A stretch of 63,182 nt of DNA, the filler included, from Octopus bimaculoides (Eukaryota), in assembly GCF_001194135.2 (NCBI RefSeq). It is 5 parts of 4 records of this genome, joined end to end, with 100 filler letters (N's around TTAATTAATTAA, not from the genome) between each part and the next. Parts side by side here need not be neighbours in the genome. Positions count along the whole stretch, not along the records: positions 59,361 to 63,182 come from NC_068987.1; 4 more parts are not named here. The stretch is one strand, 5' to 3'. Below, piece by piece: positions 62,792-63,182 of the stretch. Positions within the stretch are counted from its first letter, which is position 1. Every line of letters starts with the position of its first letter. Under the pieces are notes generated by a model. It worked only from the letters and a program-made list of their open reading frames with translations. It was not told the origin of the DNA and made no database searches. The translations under genes and the position numbers were made by a program.

Positions 62792-63056
62792 GTTACTGAA
62801 ATATCTCTCGTTCTGAGATTTAAAAATAGTAATTTTCTAAAAGAATATTTATATATATATATGTATATATATGCATAAGGATAAGCATATTAAAAGGGGA
62901 CTGTGGGAAAACTCATTTTAAAAAAAGGGGACCTTGGTAGGGGAAAGGTTGGGAACCACTGATGTACGTGATGAATAAATGAATTATGAAGCTGTAACCC
63001 AATTCTGTATTTTCACAGTCTTCTCTTCCTGTACATTGGAAGTCAGAAGAGATACA

Positions 63057-63182
63057 GGGGTGGCTGTGTGGTTAAGATGCTCACTTCCCAATCATGTGGT
63101 TTGGGGTTCAGTCCCACTGCACAGCACCTTAGGCAAGCGTCTTCTGCTATAGCTCTGGGCTGATCAATGACTTGTGAGTAAA
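63057..63182 (+). mobile_element. SINE family B head, cut by window end
   Basis: ggctgtgtggttaag...ggggttcagtcccactgcacagcaccttaggcaagcgtcttctgctatag. Confidence 0.85.

Noticed and set aside
62945-62961. aggttgggaaccactg, hAT-like terminal sequence
   Set aside because: No partner TIR or TSD found.
1-63182. CRISPR arrays, rRNA, intact tRNA genes, intact transposases
   Set aside because: None seen; regular repeats are simple microsatellites and all TE ORFs are broken.

Overview
AT-rich animal genomic DNA with many N gaps, dominated by microsatellites and transposon relics. The SINE families and repeat style point to an octopod cephalopod; this is inference from remembered repeat consensi, not a search. 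No prokaryotic features (operons, CRISPR) are present. Most ORF-track entries are microsatellite or N-run artefacts. The one clear gene lies on the minus strand and encodes an ankyrin-repeat protein that the ORF track largely misses. Its exons 42226-42361 and 32135-32237 have canonical splice sites, matching phase and join into ...ELLEKSAAGDIQEVARLLRDGVTTDGQNENGWTALMFAVKNGHDKIIDMLLENG. Weaker ankyrin-like exons lie at 16501-16600 and 14407-14503. In and around its long introns are: at least four SINE-like families; Penelope-like element remnants with minimal hammerhead-ribozyme-like motifs; R4/Dong-type LINE 3' ends sitting in (TAA)n tracts; RTE LINE, mariner and Tc1 relics; several MITEs and hairpins; and a candidate 3-nt microexon or recursive splice site at 27621-27623. 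Four 100-bp spacers (44 N, TTAATTAATTAA, 44 N) mark scaffold joins of unknown size, so adjacency across 14782, 29897, 48620 and 59261 is not guaranteed. Repeat boundaries were placed by eye and are approximate.
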